DNA of 64,000 nt from a virus, in IMG/VR virus record IMGVR_UViG_3300035703_000011; one strand, 5' to 3'. The notes under the pieces were generated by a model. It ran no database searches and was not told where the DNA came from. It saw only the letters and a program-made list of their open reading frames with translations. Below are positions 36,033 to 45,404 of the stretch, one piece after another. The translations under genes were made by a program, and so were the position numbers. Position 1 is the first letter of the stretch, and each line of letters starts with the position of its first letter.

Positions 36033-37436
36033 ATGGCAGGAACATATGGGGAACCAGGAAAAACTGAATTTCAACTAAAAAACATAGTAGGAAAATACTC
36101 TATTGTAGTAAATCCAGAAACAAAAATATCTCAAATTTATCAAAGAAAATCTCAATTTGATTTTCAGTCTATAGGAACATTAAATCTAGCAACAAATCAA
36201 TTAACATTTGATCAAAATGCTCCACTAACAAGAGAAAATAAATCTGATTTAAGTAAAAATATTGATACTTTTAGAAAACAATCTGTAGTTGTAGCAACTG
36301 TTGGAGGAGCAACAAATGCAGAAGAACTACTATTAGGAAACTCTGAGCAAGCACCAGGATCACCAACAGCAAATCCAGAAAATCCTGGAGAAATAACTGA
36401 TGAAAAACCTGGGGATGCTCCAGGATTAACAGACCTTAGTGAAAATTTTAGAGATAAAAATGAATTCAATAATATAAAAAAATTTTTATATTACCCAAAT
36501 ACCATACTAAGTAATGGTCAAGATAAATTATTAATATCTCAATATTCATATGTTCCTGCACCAATAACATCTGGTGGAGTAGAATCTGTACAATCAAACC
36601 TCACAAATAGAAACACTCAATTCACAGAGTGGTTAGGAACAGTAACTTTGCCAATACCAAATGATTTATCTGAGATGAATCAAGTTGGGTGGGGAGAAGA
36701 TAATTTATCTGGTATTACTGCATCTCTAATGGGAGCTGGGACTGGTATAGTAAAAGATCTTTCTGGGTTTGATGCTCAAGGATTGATAGGACAATTTGAA
36801 AATCTTGGTGGTATATTAGGATCAACTGCAGTAAAAACTAGATTGAAGCAATTTTTAACAGCAAGTACAAGTGCAGAAATATTAAAAAAAATAGGAATTA
36901 ATGTAAATCCAGAAGCATATATTAACAGAGTAACAGGAGCAGCAATTAATACAAATCTAGAACTTTTATTCAATGGTCCAAAGTTAAGACCATTCTCCCT
37001 ATCATTTAAAATGTCTCCAAGAAATAAAGATGAAGCTCAAAACATTAGATCTATTATAAAGTTTTTGAAAAAAGGAATGTCTCCAAAAAGATCTAAAAAT
37101 TCAGATGTAATGTATTTTCTTGGATCACCTAATGTATTTAAAATTAAATTTACAAAAGGAGAGAGCACATTAGATGACCCATTAAATATAAAAGACTTAG
37201 ATAGTATAGGAAGATTTAAAACCTGTGCTTTAGTTTCTTGTGGAGTAAATTATACACCAGATGGAGTTTATGCTTCATTTAATGATCCAATAGTTGGTTC
37301 CCAACCAATTGCAGTTTTAGTGACACTATCATTCATAGAACTAACACCAATTTTTAATGATGAGTATGAAGATTCTTCTACAATTGGACCTGAAAGAATT
37401 AATGAAAAGTTTGAATATCAAGAAAGTACAAATTAA
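36033..37436 (+). CDS. baseplate tail tube cap, gp48-like (gp19/48/54 fold family)
   Basis: The C-terminal half LELLFNGPKLRPFSLSFKMSPRNKDEAQNIRSIIKFLKKGMSP...VFKIKF...CALVSCGVNYTPDGVYASF...PIAVLVTLSFIELTPIF fits the tube-family pattern. Confidence 0.5.
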   Translation: MAGTYGEPGKTEFQLKNIVGKYSIVVNPETKISQIYQRKSQFDFQSIGTLNLATNQLTFDQNAPLTRENKSDLSKNIDTFRKQSVVVATVGGATNAEELLLGNSEQAPGSPTANPENPGEITDEKPGDAPGLTDLSENFRDKNEFNNIKKFLYYPNTILSNGQDKLLISQYSYVPAPITSGGVESVQSNLTNRNTQFTEWLGTVTLPIPNDLSEMNQVGWGEDNLSGITASLMGAGTGIVKDLSGFDAQGLIGQFENLGGILGSTAVKTRLKQFLTASTSAEILKKIGINVNPEAYINRVTGAAINTNLELLFNGPKLRPFSLSFKMSPRNKDEAQNIRSIIKFLKKGMSPKRSKNSDVMYFLGSPNVFKIKFTKGESTLDDPLNIKDLDSIGRFKTCALVSCGVNYTPDGVYASFNDPIVGSQPIAVLVTLSFIELTPIFNDEYEDSSTIGPERINEKFEYQESTN

Positions 37437-37441
37437 GACCA

Positions 37442-38104
37442 ATGACATATTTTAGAGAAGTATCAGATTTACTTTACCAATCACAACAACCAAACAGAAA
37501 CTCTTCATATGACTATGTAAGGGTTAAGAATTTTTTCAGAAGAGCAAAAATTCGTGATGACTTTTTTCAAAGTGCTGTTACATTTACAAAGTATAAAATT
37601 ATTGGCGAAGAAAGACCAGATCAAATATCAAAAAAAGTATATGGAAGTCCTCAATATGATTGGGTAGTTCTAATATCAAATAATATCCTAAACCTTAGAA
37701 CTGAATGGCCACTTTCTGATGGGGAGTTTTCTGAATATCTGGAAAGAAAGTACACAGAAGCAGAACTAAATTCACCTCACCATTATGAAACCACAACTGT
37801 TTTAGACTCTAGAGGTAAACTAATTATACCAGAAGGAAAAGAAGTTGATGCTAATTTTAGTGTTACATATTTTGATGAATTAAAAGGACAATCAGTCACA
37901 ACAAATCCAGTAAAACTAATAAGCATTTATGAATATGAAATTCTACAAAATAATAAAAAAAGAAATATCTACCTCCTAAGAGATAGATATTTACAAACTG
38001 CTATTGATGATATGAGAACTATTATGTCTTATGGCTTTTCATCTCAATATGTAGATGACTTTACAAAGAAAGGAGATAACTTAAGACTTATAGTCCCAAG
38101 ATAA
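37442..38104 (+). CDS. baseplate wedge protein, gp53-like (LysM-like segment)
   Basis: Assigned by position after the gp48-like gene. YKIIGEERPDQISKKVYGSPQYDWVVLISNNI is LysM-like. Confidence 0.4.
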   Translation: MTYFREVSDLLYQSQQPNRNSSYDYVRVKNFFRRAKIRDDFFQSAVTFTKYKIIGEERPDQISKKVYGSPQYDWVVLISNNILNLRTEWPLSDGEFSEYLERKYTEAELNSPHHYETTTVLDSRGKLIIPEGKEVDANFSVTYFDELKGQSVTTNPVKLISIYEYEILQNNKKRNIYLLRDRYLQTAIDDMRTIMSYGFSSQYVDDFTKKGDNLRLIVPR

Positions 38105-39007
38105 TCACTCTTCAGCAAGTTTTTGGAAATAACTCAGTGTATCATCCTCATCATCAAAAGATGATTTGTTAGATGAAATGCTATTGAGTTCATCTCTAAG
38201 ACTTTCAGTTAGAGGAGGAGCAGACCCTTCATCCTCATTATCATAAGATTCATCTTGCTTGACTGGCTTTTTACCTAGAACTGCCTTGAGACGAGTATCA
38301 AGTTGCTCATAAGATTTAAATGCTTCTGGTTTTACAAACTCTTCAAGAGAGTATGCTTTCTTCCAGATAGATTCAAGCACATCATCATCAAAATTACCAA
38401 GAGTTCCTGGAGAATCAAACTCTGATTTATCATAATTCCAGTAACCATCTTTTTTGGTAATTTTCAATTTGAAATTAGCACCACCCCAAAAATCAAAGGG
38501 ATCAATTGGAGTTTCATCATCAAATTCTGGTTGCATTGCTGCAGAAATTTTATCAAAGATTTTTTTACCATACTTAAAGAGAAATACTTTACCCTCATTT
38601 TCTGGGTGTGCCTTATCTTGAACAACATAAATGTTGCTGTAATAAGACAGCTTTCTCTTTCTTTGCCTAACAATATCTTGATTGGATTTACTTCCAGTAT
38701 TCCACAACTCACGATTAGATTCACATACTGGACAAGATTGATTAATAGTTGTCAGGCAGTTATCAATCAACCATCCCCCAGTGCCCTGAAAGGCATGAGT
38801 GTATACTTTAGCCCAGGGAAGTTCTTCACCTTCAGGGGAGGGAAGAAATCTAACAACAGCAAATCCATTACCAGCTTTGTCTACTTCAGGCTTCCAAAGA
38901 CGATCATCTGAAGATCCTCCAGAGGAATTCATTTTTTCAACTTCATTGAGAAGTTTAGAAGTCAATGTTCCTAGAGAAGATTTCTTTTTGAGATCAGAAA
39001 AAGACAT
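38105..39007 (-). CDS. gp32: single-stranded DNA-binding protein gp32
   Basis: RLWKPEVDKAGNGFAVVRFLPSPEGEELPWAKVYTHAF...NQSCPVCE (Zn-finger region) with an acidic C-terminus. The true start is the ATG at 39007, with GAGGT 7 nt upstream. The track's longer ORF starts at a TTG. Confidence 0.9.
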   Translation of the reverse strand: MSFSDLKKKSSLGTLTSKLLNEVEKMNSSGGSSDDRLWKPEVDKAGNGFAVVRFLPSPEGEELPWAKVYTHAFQGTGGWLIDNCLTTINQSCPVCESNRELWNTGSKSNQDIVRQRKRKLSYYSNIYVVQDKAHPENEGKVFLFKYGKKIFDKISAAMQPEFDDETPIDPFDFWGGANFKLKITKKDGYWNYDKSEFDSPGTLGNFDDDVLESIWKKAYSLEEFVKPEAFKSYEQLDTRLKAVLGKKPVKQDESYDNEDEGSAPPLTESLRDELNSISSNKSSFDDEDDTLSYFQKLAEE

Positions 39008-39065
39008 TAGATTACCTCGGATTAATTGGATTAAAAGGTTACAGGTTAGTTTAAGATGACTGGAG

Positions 39066-39407
39066 TTATTTGTCAATTCCAGTCATCAGGTTAGAGATGG
39101 TCATTTTCATGGTCCTAAAAATTGAATTAATATCAGAATTTTTAAATCCAAGCAACTTAGAAGATTCTAGTATCTGATTTTTCATCTCAATCGCATTAGG
39201 ATCATCAGATAAACTCAATCTTGTATATAACAGTTGCTGTTTGTCTAACAAATCAGAAAGTATTTTAATATGCTTCTCTTTTTCTACTTTACTCATAGAA
39301 GGAAATCTAAAAATTTCTTTTCCAATTTCCTTTTGAAGTCTATTAATATCCTCTAATTCTTGCTTAACAATTTCAGAATCAAAGAATGCCATCAGATTTT
39401 CTCCCAA
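39066..39407 (-). CDS. hypothetical protein (113 aa)
   Basis: ORF between gp59 and gp32. Confidence 0.5.
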   Translation of the reverse strand: MGENLMAFFDSEIVKQELEDINRLQKEIGKEIFRFPSMSKVEKEKHIKILSDLLDKQQLLYTRLSLSDDPNAIEMKNQILESSKLLGFKNSDINSIFRTMKMTISNLMTGIDK

Positions 39408-39987
39408 TTATAGAAGTTAACACTTTTTTATAAGACTTAATATCAATATTTAGAAATGGAGAATACTTTTTAATTTTTAAAGATACAGATTCCCACACAG
39501 GATCTAAAAGTTTATTGTCAAATTGATCACTGAATAAAAAGATTTTATTAAAAATTACCAAAGTTTCTGAATTAATTTTTTTACTTAAATATTTTTTGAG
39601 TATTGGTGGATGAGTTTTTGAGCAATCAAACAAATCATTCAGTTCAAATTCAACAAATAATTGTTCTGATTGCTCTTTAAAAATATAAGATAAACTTTGT
39701 TGCCTTTTTGTCCAATCTTTATAAACACTTTCTCCAGTTCTACTAAGTTCACCTATCCAAAGTCTAGAGGGATCATCAACTTCAATAAAATTTGCAATAA
39801 AAAAATTTTTTATTTCATCATCAGATTTTTGTCTAGAGAGTTTTTCATACCAATACTTATCTTTCCTTTTATTAAAAGATTCTATTGATGCTCTGGTTTT
39901 TCCAGCATATTTGATGTAATCATAACTTGGTTTACTAAAGTGATTCTTTAGAGCCACATAAGTTTTATATACATCAAAGGGTGTCAT
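39379..39987 (-). CDS. gp59: gp59 helicase-loading protein
   Basis: YKTYVALKNHFSKPSYDYIKYAGKTRASIESFNKRKDKYWYEKLSRQK parallels the T4 gp59 N-terminus. The 59-32 synteny is also conserved. Confidence 0.7.
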   Translation of the reverse strand: MTPFDVYKTYVALKNHFSKPSYDYIKYAGKTRASIESFNKRKDKYWYEKLSRQKSDDEIKNFFIANFIEVDDPSRLWIGELSRTGESVYKDWTKRQQSLSYIFKEQSEQLFVEFELNDLFDCSKTHPPILKKYLSKKINSETLVIFNKIFLFSDQFDNKLLDPVWESVSLKIKKYSPFLNIDIKSYKKVLTSIIGRKSDGIL

Positions 39988-40241
39988 ATTAACAATTTAG
40001 CTCTAGAAGTACGCTTTAAGAAATTGAGATTTATAGCATCACATTTAATTTTTTCTTTAAGTGGTTTGCTTATTAATTTTGATACTGATTCAACCTCTAA
40101 ATTATTTTCCTCACAATAATGAACTATAGCATCAATATAGTTCATATCGCTATTTCTTTTTACAATATCTTCTATAATTTTAGAAAATTTTGTTTGGCAT
40201 AAAAATTTAGATTCCAGCAAAGATTCTAATTTATTTTCCAT
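39984..40241 (-). CDS. gp33: late transcription accessory protein gp33-like
   Basis: 85-aa acidic helical ORF in the T4-conserved 33-59-32 position, with the YIDAIVHYCEENNLEVESVSKLIS...LKEKI pattern. Confidence 0.5.
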   Translation of the reverse strand: MENKLESLLESKFLCQTKFSKIIEDIVKRNSDMNYIDAIVHYCEENNLEVESVSKLISKPLKEKIKCDAINLNFLKRTSRAKLLI

Positions 40242-40911
40242 ATTCTTTTAGTTTAAAGTTCACAAAGTCTTCAATATAAGTTTTTAAAAGTTTAATGTAT
40301 TTAACTTTATCATACTGTTCATAAACCACACACTCACCATCTTCACAAGCCATAATAATAACTAATTTCTTAACTGGAATATTTGTAAGTTCATAGAACA
40401 TACAAGCATAAGCAGCTGCTTGAACAAAGTAATGTTCAATCCACTCTAGGGGTTTTGCTTTCTTGGAAGTTTTAAAATCAATAATAGACAGTTCATTATT
40501 ATATTCTGCAATACAATCAACTGTTCCAGCAATACCTAAAACCTTACTATACAATGATCTCTCAAGTGCATGAATATTATTGATCTTGTTTAGTTCAGGT
40601 CTTATTATCTTAAAAAGATGTTTTGAAATCAAAGATGATTCAGGAAGTTCTGGAATATTAAGAAGATAATTTTCAACTATACTATGAAGTTCTGTTCCTC
40701 TTGAAGTAGCTTGCTTGTTGATTCTATTTGCTTCCTCTTCCCCAACCTTTTGCCTCCACTGTTCAAAAATATGCTTATTGTGATGACTTGTTACGGAAGT
40801 AATGGAGACAAACTTCATTAGTTCATCTCCATGTGGAATTTTGTAATATCTTACTCCATCAATAGTCTCCCTTTCAAGAGAAGGGAGACTTATATTAACA
40901 TGATCAAACAT
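40231..40911 (-). CDS. PD-(D/E)XK (RecB/Cas4-like) nuclease
   Basis: GTVDCIAE...LSIIDFKTSKK...QAAAYACMF gives the D...(D/E)xK...QxxxY arrangement. Confidence 0.6.
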   Translation of the reverse strand: MFDHVNISLPSLERETIDGVRYYKIPHGDELMKFVSITSVTSHHNKHIFEQWRQKVGEEEANRINKQATSRGTELHSIVENYLLNIPELPESSLISKHLFKIIRPELNKINNIHALERSLYSKVLGIAGTVDCIAEYNNELSIIDFKTSKKAKPLEWIEHYFVQAAAYACMFYELTNIPVKKLVIIMACEDGECVVYEQYDKVKYIKLLKTYIEDFVNFKLKEYGK

Positions 40912-41669
40912 TAAAATCCTGCTGCAATTTTATTGACAATATAAGATTTTACAAGTCCAGATCTTACAATATCATCTACACCAAATTCTATAGTTTCAAA
41001 TTCAGGCATCCTTTGTATAATCTTCATAAAATCTAAAATACCACTTCTTTCATTAGTTTTGGTTAAGTCGGATTGTGTGGCATCTCCACAGAACATGATT
41101 CTTGAGTTGTCTCCAACTCTTGTAATTATACTATCAAGTTCATGAAAGTTCAAGTTTTGACATTCATCAACTATGATAATTGAATTATCTAAAGTTGTTC
41201 CTCTAATAAAAGATGTGCTCCAAAATGTAACTGTTTCTTGAGATTTCAAATTACCATAGAGCATTTCAAATTCAGCATCAGTAGGCATTTCAAACATATA
41301 CTTCACCATATTTTTATATGGTATTTGATATAGTGAAGATTTGTCATCATGAGTTCCAGGAAGAAATCCTATTTCTCTTGTTGCTACAAGTGATCTGACA
41401 ATAACAATTTTTTGATATGGTGTAATTTCACTTAAAACATCCTTAAGAGCAAGATACAAAGCACAGAATGTTTTTCCTGTTCCTGCACATCCATAGACAA
41501 ACAAGTGTTTGTCAGAATCATAAGCATCAAAAAGTTTTGCTTGATTTTCTGTTGCTGGAGTAATATTTAAAAGAAGATCTGTATTTATTGGTTTTCTTCT
41601 TTTCATTTGTTTAGTGGTCAATCCAATGCCAATTGGATTTGCATCATTGCTTCTTCTTTTTCTTGCCAT
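40911..41669 (-). CDS. phoH: PhoH-like ATPase
   Basis: Walker A YGCAGTGKTF, plus GFLPG...K, IIVDECQN and FCGD motifs. Confidence 0.9.
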   Translation of the reverse strand: MARKRRSNDANPIGIGLTTKQMKRRKPINTDLLLNITPATENQAKLFDAYDSDKHLFVYGCAGTGKTFCALYLALKDVLSEITPYQKIVIVRSLVATREIGFLPGTHDDKSSLYQIPYKNMVKYMFEMPTDAEFEMLYGNLKSQETVTFWSTSFIRGTTLDNSIIIVDECQNLNFHELDSIITRVGDNSRIMFCGDATQSDLTKTNERSGILDFMKIIQRMPEFETIEFGVDDIVRSGLVKSYIVNKIAAGF

Positions 41670-41911
41670 TAGAGTTTCTTTACACGGGAACCTGGAGCTT
41701 TGCTTGCTTTAGCAAGCACATCATTCCATCCTGGATTTCTGCTGATTAGTTTATTTCTCCAATCACCAGTCTCTCCTGGACTTGCACATCCTTCAGACCA
41801 ATCTCTTTTCCATTCAGGATTGTCTTTATACCATTGAGTTATCTCATGAACACTTTTTTCAATAACTCTTTTTTCTCCAGTATCTTTATGAATGATTGGA
41901 TATATTGCCAT
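41669..41911 (-). CDS. hypothetical protein (80 aa)
   Basis: ORF abuts the phoH start. AATAAATA lies at 41933-41940 upstream. Confidence 0.55.
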   Translation of the reverse strand: MAIYPIIHKDTGEKRVIEKSVHEITQWYKDNPEWKRDWSEGCASPGETGDWRNKLISRNPGWNDVLAKASKAPGSRVKKL

Positions 41912-41935
41912 ATTTTATAGTTGTTACAAAAATAT

Positions 41936-42094
41936 TTATTCTATACAAATGGAAGGTGCATCATCACACTCTATACAATTAATACACTCTTCCATGTCTG
42001 GATTATCTTCTATGAATTGATCAAACTCTTTTTTAGTAAAGAGAACTTTAAAGATGTGCCCAGTTAGATTGTCTTTGATGCACCAAGTTTTCAT
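41936..42094 (-). CDS. small Cys-rich protein (52 aa; below ORF-track cutoff)
   Basis: MKTWCIKDNLTGHIFKVLFTKKEFDQFIEDNPDMEECINCIECDDAPSICIE*. The start lies 2 nt after the thyX stop. Confidence 0.4.
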   Translation of the reverse strand: MKTWCIKDNLTGHIFKVLFTKKEFDQFIEDNPDMEECINCIECDDAPSICIE

Positions 42095-42096
42095 TT

Positions 42097-42849
42097 TTAT
42101 GGAGATAGCTTTGCTCTATGTAGACGCTTTTCCTCATAATAATTCCAAACATTTGGAGACCAAGACTTAAGATGAGGAGCAAATTGTTCGCATAAAGCTT
42201 GAATTTCCAGTTGAGCATCCATCTTTGCTCTTAGATCCATGAAGTGAAGTACAGATCTAAGATTGAATGAGACTACAAAGTTCTGACGAATTGCTTGTGC
42301 AAGATAATCCCTAATGTGCTCTTCACACATTCCTTTTTCGTACTTATATGCATAACGCTTGCATCCTTCATAAATGAAGTCTAATTCATCATTGTAGTCT
42401 GCCAGAGTCCAATCATATTTTTTACCATAACGATTGGTATAAAATCCAGGAGGTCTAACATAAAAAACTTCCTCAGGTTTTAATTCACCATTAGCAACTT
42501 TAATTACTCTCTTTCCAGTATACCTTTGGGATTGAACATCAAAGCTTATACCCACTCTATGAGTCCTTGCTTGCATTGCAACATTATGAACATACCCAGA
42601 CACTGAAAAAGTAATTCCTGGGTGTTCTAATGGACCCCAGTGACCTTTATCATTACTCAGTAGACGTTCTACAATCCATTCTCCACATTTTGTAGAGGAA
42701 GGAATTTCTTGATCATGAATTGGTGTTTCTGAATAATCGTTCTTTCCAGCTTGATATACTACTTGCTCTGGAATTGGATAACATTGAAGTTTAACAACTT
42801 GTAGATTTTTATCAAGTTCAACTAGATCTTTTGCTTTAATAGGCTTCAT
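42097..42849 (-). CDS. thyX: flavin-dependent thymidylate synthase ThyX
   Basis: ARTHRVGISFDVQSQRY is a ThyX RHR...SxR motif variant. HWGPLEH and the C-terminal RA...AQLEI pattern are also present. Confidence 0.85.
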   Translation of the reverse strand: MKPIKAKDLVELDKNLQVVKLQCYPIPEQVVYQAGKNDYSETPIHDQEIPSSTKCGEWIVERLLSNDKGHWGPLEHPGITFSVSGYVHNVAMQARTHRVGISFDVQSQRYTGKRVIKVANGELKPEEVFYVRPPGFYTNRYGKKYDWTLADYNDELDFIYEGCKRYAYKYEKGMCEEHIRDYLAQAIRQNFVVSFNLRSVLHFMDLRAKMDAQLEIQALCEQFAPHLKSWSPNVWNYYEEKRLHRAKLSP

Positions 42850-42853
42850 GTTG

Positions 42854-43021
42854 TCAATAATCCTCCTCTACAAAAACCTCATCATAATCATTTAATGAAT
42901 CTAAATATCCTGAAATATTTGTAGAATGATTTACTTCAGAATTTGAATTAATTTCTTTTTTTAAAGAATCTACTAATAACTCTAAGTTTCTAACAATTAA
43001 TTGTATTCTATCTTTATCCAT
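42854..43021 (-). CDS. small acidic protein (55 aa; below ORF-track cutoff)
   Basis: MDKDRIQLIVRNLELLVDSLKKEINSNSEVNHSTNISGYLDSLNDYDEVFVEEDY*. Confidence 0.35.
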   Translation of the reverse strand: MDKDRIQLIVRNLELLVDSLKKEINSNSEVNHSTNISGYLDSLNDYDEVFVEEDY

Positions 43022-43029
43022 TATTCAAA

Positions 43030-43467
43030 TCAAGATGAGAATACAATTTCAGGAAAAGCATCTTGAACTACTGCTTTTGTTAATTTGTATCTTTTGTGAA
43101 TTTGTTTATCCTTCATAAGACAAAGTAGTTCAGCATCAGAAGAATGTAAAGCTTCAAGAAGCTGAACAAACATCATTTCCTTTTTAAACTTGGTGACATT
43201 TGAGACACCCTTAACAAAGTGATTAAACTTTTGCCACTCATGTTCAATCCTAGAATGCTCTGTTCCAATTGGAGCATCATTTGGGGTATAAGGGACTTCT
43301 CCTTCTGGAAGATCTGATTGCACAGAATCATCAAAATTCCAAATAAGAATAGCTCTCAAAGCAGGGGTATCATAGTGTCTGAGGATTGCAATTTTTTCGT
43401 CTCTAGTTTTAGCATTAGAAACTCTTTGAATAACCTCAGACACCAATTGATTTGGTGGTAATTTCAT
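43030..43467 (-). CDS. conserved phage hypothetical protein (145 aa)
   Basis: ORF with a GGAGAG SD. The LPEGEVPYTPND...MMFVQLLEALHSSDAELL pattern is common in T4-like phage hypotheticals, as I recall it. Confidence 0.55.
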   Translation of the reverse strand: MKLPPNQLVSEVIQRVSNAKTRDEKIAILRHYDTPALRAILIWNFDDSVQSDLPEGEVPYTPNDAPIGTEHSRIEHEWQKFNHFVKGVSNVTKFKKEMMFVQLLEALHSSDAELLCLMKDKQIHKRYKLTKAVVQDAFPEIVFSS

Positions 43468-43485
43468 AATTTACTCTCCATTTAA

Positions 43486-43704
43486 TTAATCTTCTAAATC
43501 AGGTTCTTCTTCTGTGTTTTCTTCAAATCTAAAAGCAATGATTTCATCAGGGATAACATTTCCATTCTCATCATACATTTCTGGATGCATTCTCATAGTT
43601 TGATTTGACCAAACATATTCTCTATAAATCCACCCAACTACTCCACCAACAATAAGTGAAATGATAAAAAACATTACAGAAAAAACTAAAGAAATTGCTA
43701 TCAT
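43486..43704 (-). CDS. small membrane protein (72 aa)
   Basis: N-terminal TM segment (IAISLVFSVMFFIISLIVGGVVGWIY). A strong SD (TAAGGAG) lies 6 nt upstream. Confidence 0.6.
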   Translation of the reverse strand: MIAISLVFSVMFFIISLIVGGVVGWIYREYVWSNQTMRMHPEMYDENGNVIPDEIIAFRFEENTEEEPDLED

Positions 43705-43896
43705 TTTTTTACTCCTTACTTTGAGATTTCCTTATATCAAAGGAAAAATTAAGGGAAATAAATATTTCTCTTTTTAAAAGAAATATTTTTTTTTCAAACA
43801 CAAATAAAAATGTTTTTTTCTTAAGATTTTTCTTTCTTAATATCAACTCAATTCCTCTATTCATATTAGAAGAATCTGTATTATTTATAGCAGACA

Positions 43897-44145
43897 TCAA
43901 AGAATGGAATTTTCAATCAAATACTTAACTGTATCTGAACACCCCCCAAGGTGTTTTGTGTCCATGATAACTTGAGGAAAAGTAGATCCTTCACCAAACT
44001 CTGAATAAAATTCTTCTCTGGTAAAGTCTGCATTTAATTCATAAAAAACTGAAGTATATCCTTTTTTTATACTCAAATCTTCAAGTATCACTTTAATTTT
44101 ATCGCAGTATGGGCATCCCCTTTTACTGTAAACTGTGAAATTCAT
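43897..44145 (-). CDS. glutaredoxin (NrdC-like)
   Basis: CPYC active site at residues 11-14, and a TFPQV...GG motif. Confidence 0.8.
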   Translation of the reverse strand: MNFTVYSKRGCPYCDKIKVILEDLSIKKGYTSVFYELNADFTREEFYSEFGEGSTFPQVIMDTKHLGGCSDTVKYLIENSIL

Positions 44146-44150
44146 AATAG

Positions 44151-45404
44151 TTAAATTCTTACTGGATGTGGTCTACGTTTATTAGATTTTACAGCACATA
44201 ACCAAGCAGTTGTAACTGCAATACCATCTTCCCACCAATTAGTTTCCAATCTAAATTCTTGAAATTTAATTGAGGTGTTTCTTATATATTGTGCTTTGTC
44301 TGCTCTGGTATAATACCAAAAACTATTTTGATTCCAAAAACTCACATGAGTTGGATCTTGCCATGCACCTCTACCATCAGTAGAAGGTACTTCAATAAAT
44401 GCCCAACCTCCATCACAAAGAACTCTATAAATTTCACTCATGGTCTTTACTGGATTCCTTAAATGTTCAATAACATGACTGGCATTAATTACACCAACAC
44501 TATTATCTGGTAAAGGTATTCCATCATTCAAATCACAAGTGATATCAGCACCTTCTTGATCAATTGTAACATATCCTGGTCTTGGAAACAATCCTCCCCC
44601 AATATCAACTTTCAAAAGTCCTTTAAGTTCTGCATCACGTTCTGCAAGTTGCTGCCCATATTGATGAAACAATTCAAAGGTTTTAATTTGTATGTCATCA
44701 ATTCTTTGAGTCTGTGTATTATCATTACCAGGAAGCCATCTATAATAATAAAGAACTTTTGGTATGAAGCAGAACTTAGTTTTCAAATAACTTCTAATAA
44801 CCAGTTCATGATCATCGCAAATATTTAAATCTGGGTTATGACCTCCAAGTTCCTGGTATATACTTTTTCTCCATGCTCTCACATGATCTGGTGCATACCA
44901 AATAATTCCTATACTATGACTCGTTGGTGGAAAAGCATCAATTTTTATAAAATCTTCCCCCCTAAAATTCATCCATTTGTAGGTCCATCCATTTTCTGGA
45001 TTCCAAGGAATTTTATATTCATCACCTCTCATATCATAAAGAAGATCTTCGCTATAAGCAAATCCAACTTCTTCATCTTGAAAAGCAATATTCAACTCTT
45101 CCAAACAATCTTCAGAAAGAAGATCATCATGATCAACTTCTACTAAAATATCACCCTTGCCCAACTGAAAAGCTTTATTTTTAACAAATCCTACATTTTG
45201 ATTGGTTATTCCTGTATAGATTTTAACCTTACTATCATCTTTTAATTCTTGTGGAATATCAGAAACTTTACAGTTTCCATTTAGATAAAGGACCCATTCC
45301 CAATTCTCATAAGTTTGAGATTTTATAGTCTCATATAACTCCATCAAAAATGGAATATTTTCTTTTTTATGCTCAGGAGTAATTATACTAAATTTATGAT
45401 TCAT
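44151..45404 (-). CDS. bifunctional GT2 glycosyltransferase / class I SAM-methyltransferase fusion
   Basis: N-terminus FSIITPEH...VEVDHDDLL (GT-A, DxD). C-terminus VDIGGG...INASHVIEHL...YRVLCDGGWAFIEVP (methyltransferase type 11 pattern). Confidence 0.7.
   Translation of the reverse strand: MNHKFSIITPEHKKENIPFLMELYETIKSQTYENWEWVLYLNGNCKVSDIPQELKDDSKVKIYTGITNQNVGFVKNKAFQLGKGDILVEVDHDDLLSEDCLEELNIAFQDEEVGFAYSEDLLYDMRGDEYKIPWNPENGWTYKWMNFRGEDFIKIDAFPPTSHSIGIIWYAPDHVRAWRKSIYQELGGHNPDLNICDDHELVIRSYLKTKFCFIPKVLYYYRWLPGNDNTQTQRIDDIQIKTFELFHQYGQQLAERDAELKGLLKVDIGGGLFPRPGYVTIDQEGADITCDLNDGIPLPDNSVGVINASHVIEHLRNPVKTMSEIYRVLCDGGWAFIEVPSTDGRGAWQDPTHVSFWNQNSFWYYTRADKAQYIRNTSIKFQEFRLETNWWEDGIAVTTAWLCAVKSNKRRPHPVRI

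Noticed and set aside
38464-39059. Several 86-126-aa ORFs on both strands within gene 32.
   Set aside because: They overlap an unambiguous gp32 reading frame.
39008-39076. N-terminal extension of gp32 (MTNNSSHLKLTCNLLIQLIRGNL...) in the ORF track.
   Set aside because: The extension starts at a TTG and overlaps the upstream gene. The internal ATG at 39007 has a GAGGT SD and gives a T4-like gp32 N-terminus.
43709-43900. 63-aa ORF between the glutaredoxin and the 72-aa membrane protein genes.
   Set aside because: It has low-complexity K/F/L composition in an AT-rich spacer that carries promoter- and hairpin-like elements. It is kept only as a possibility (see finding).
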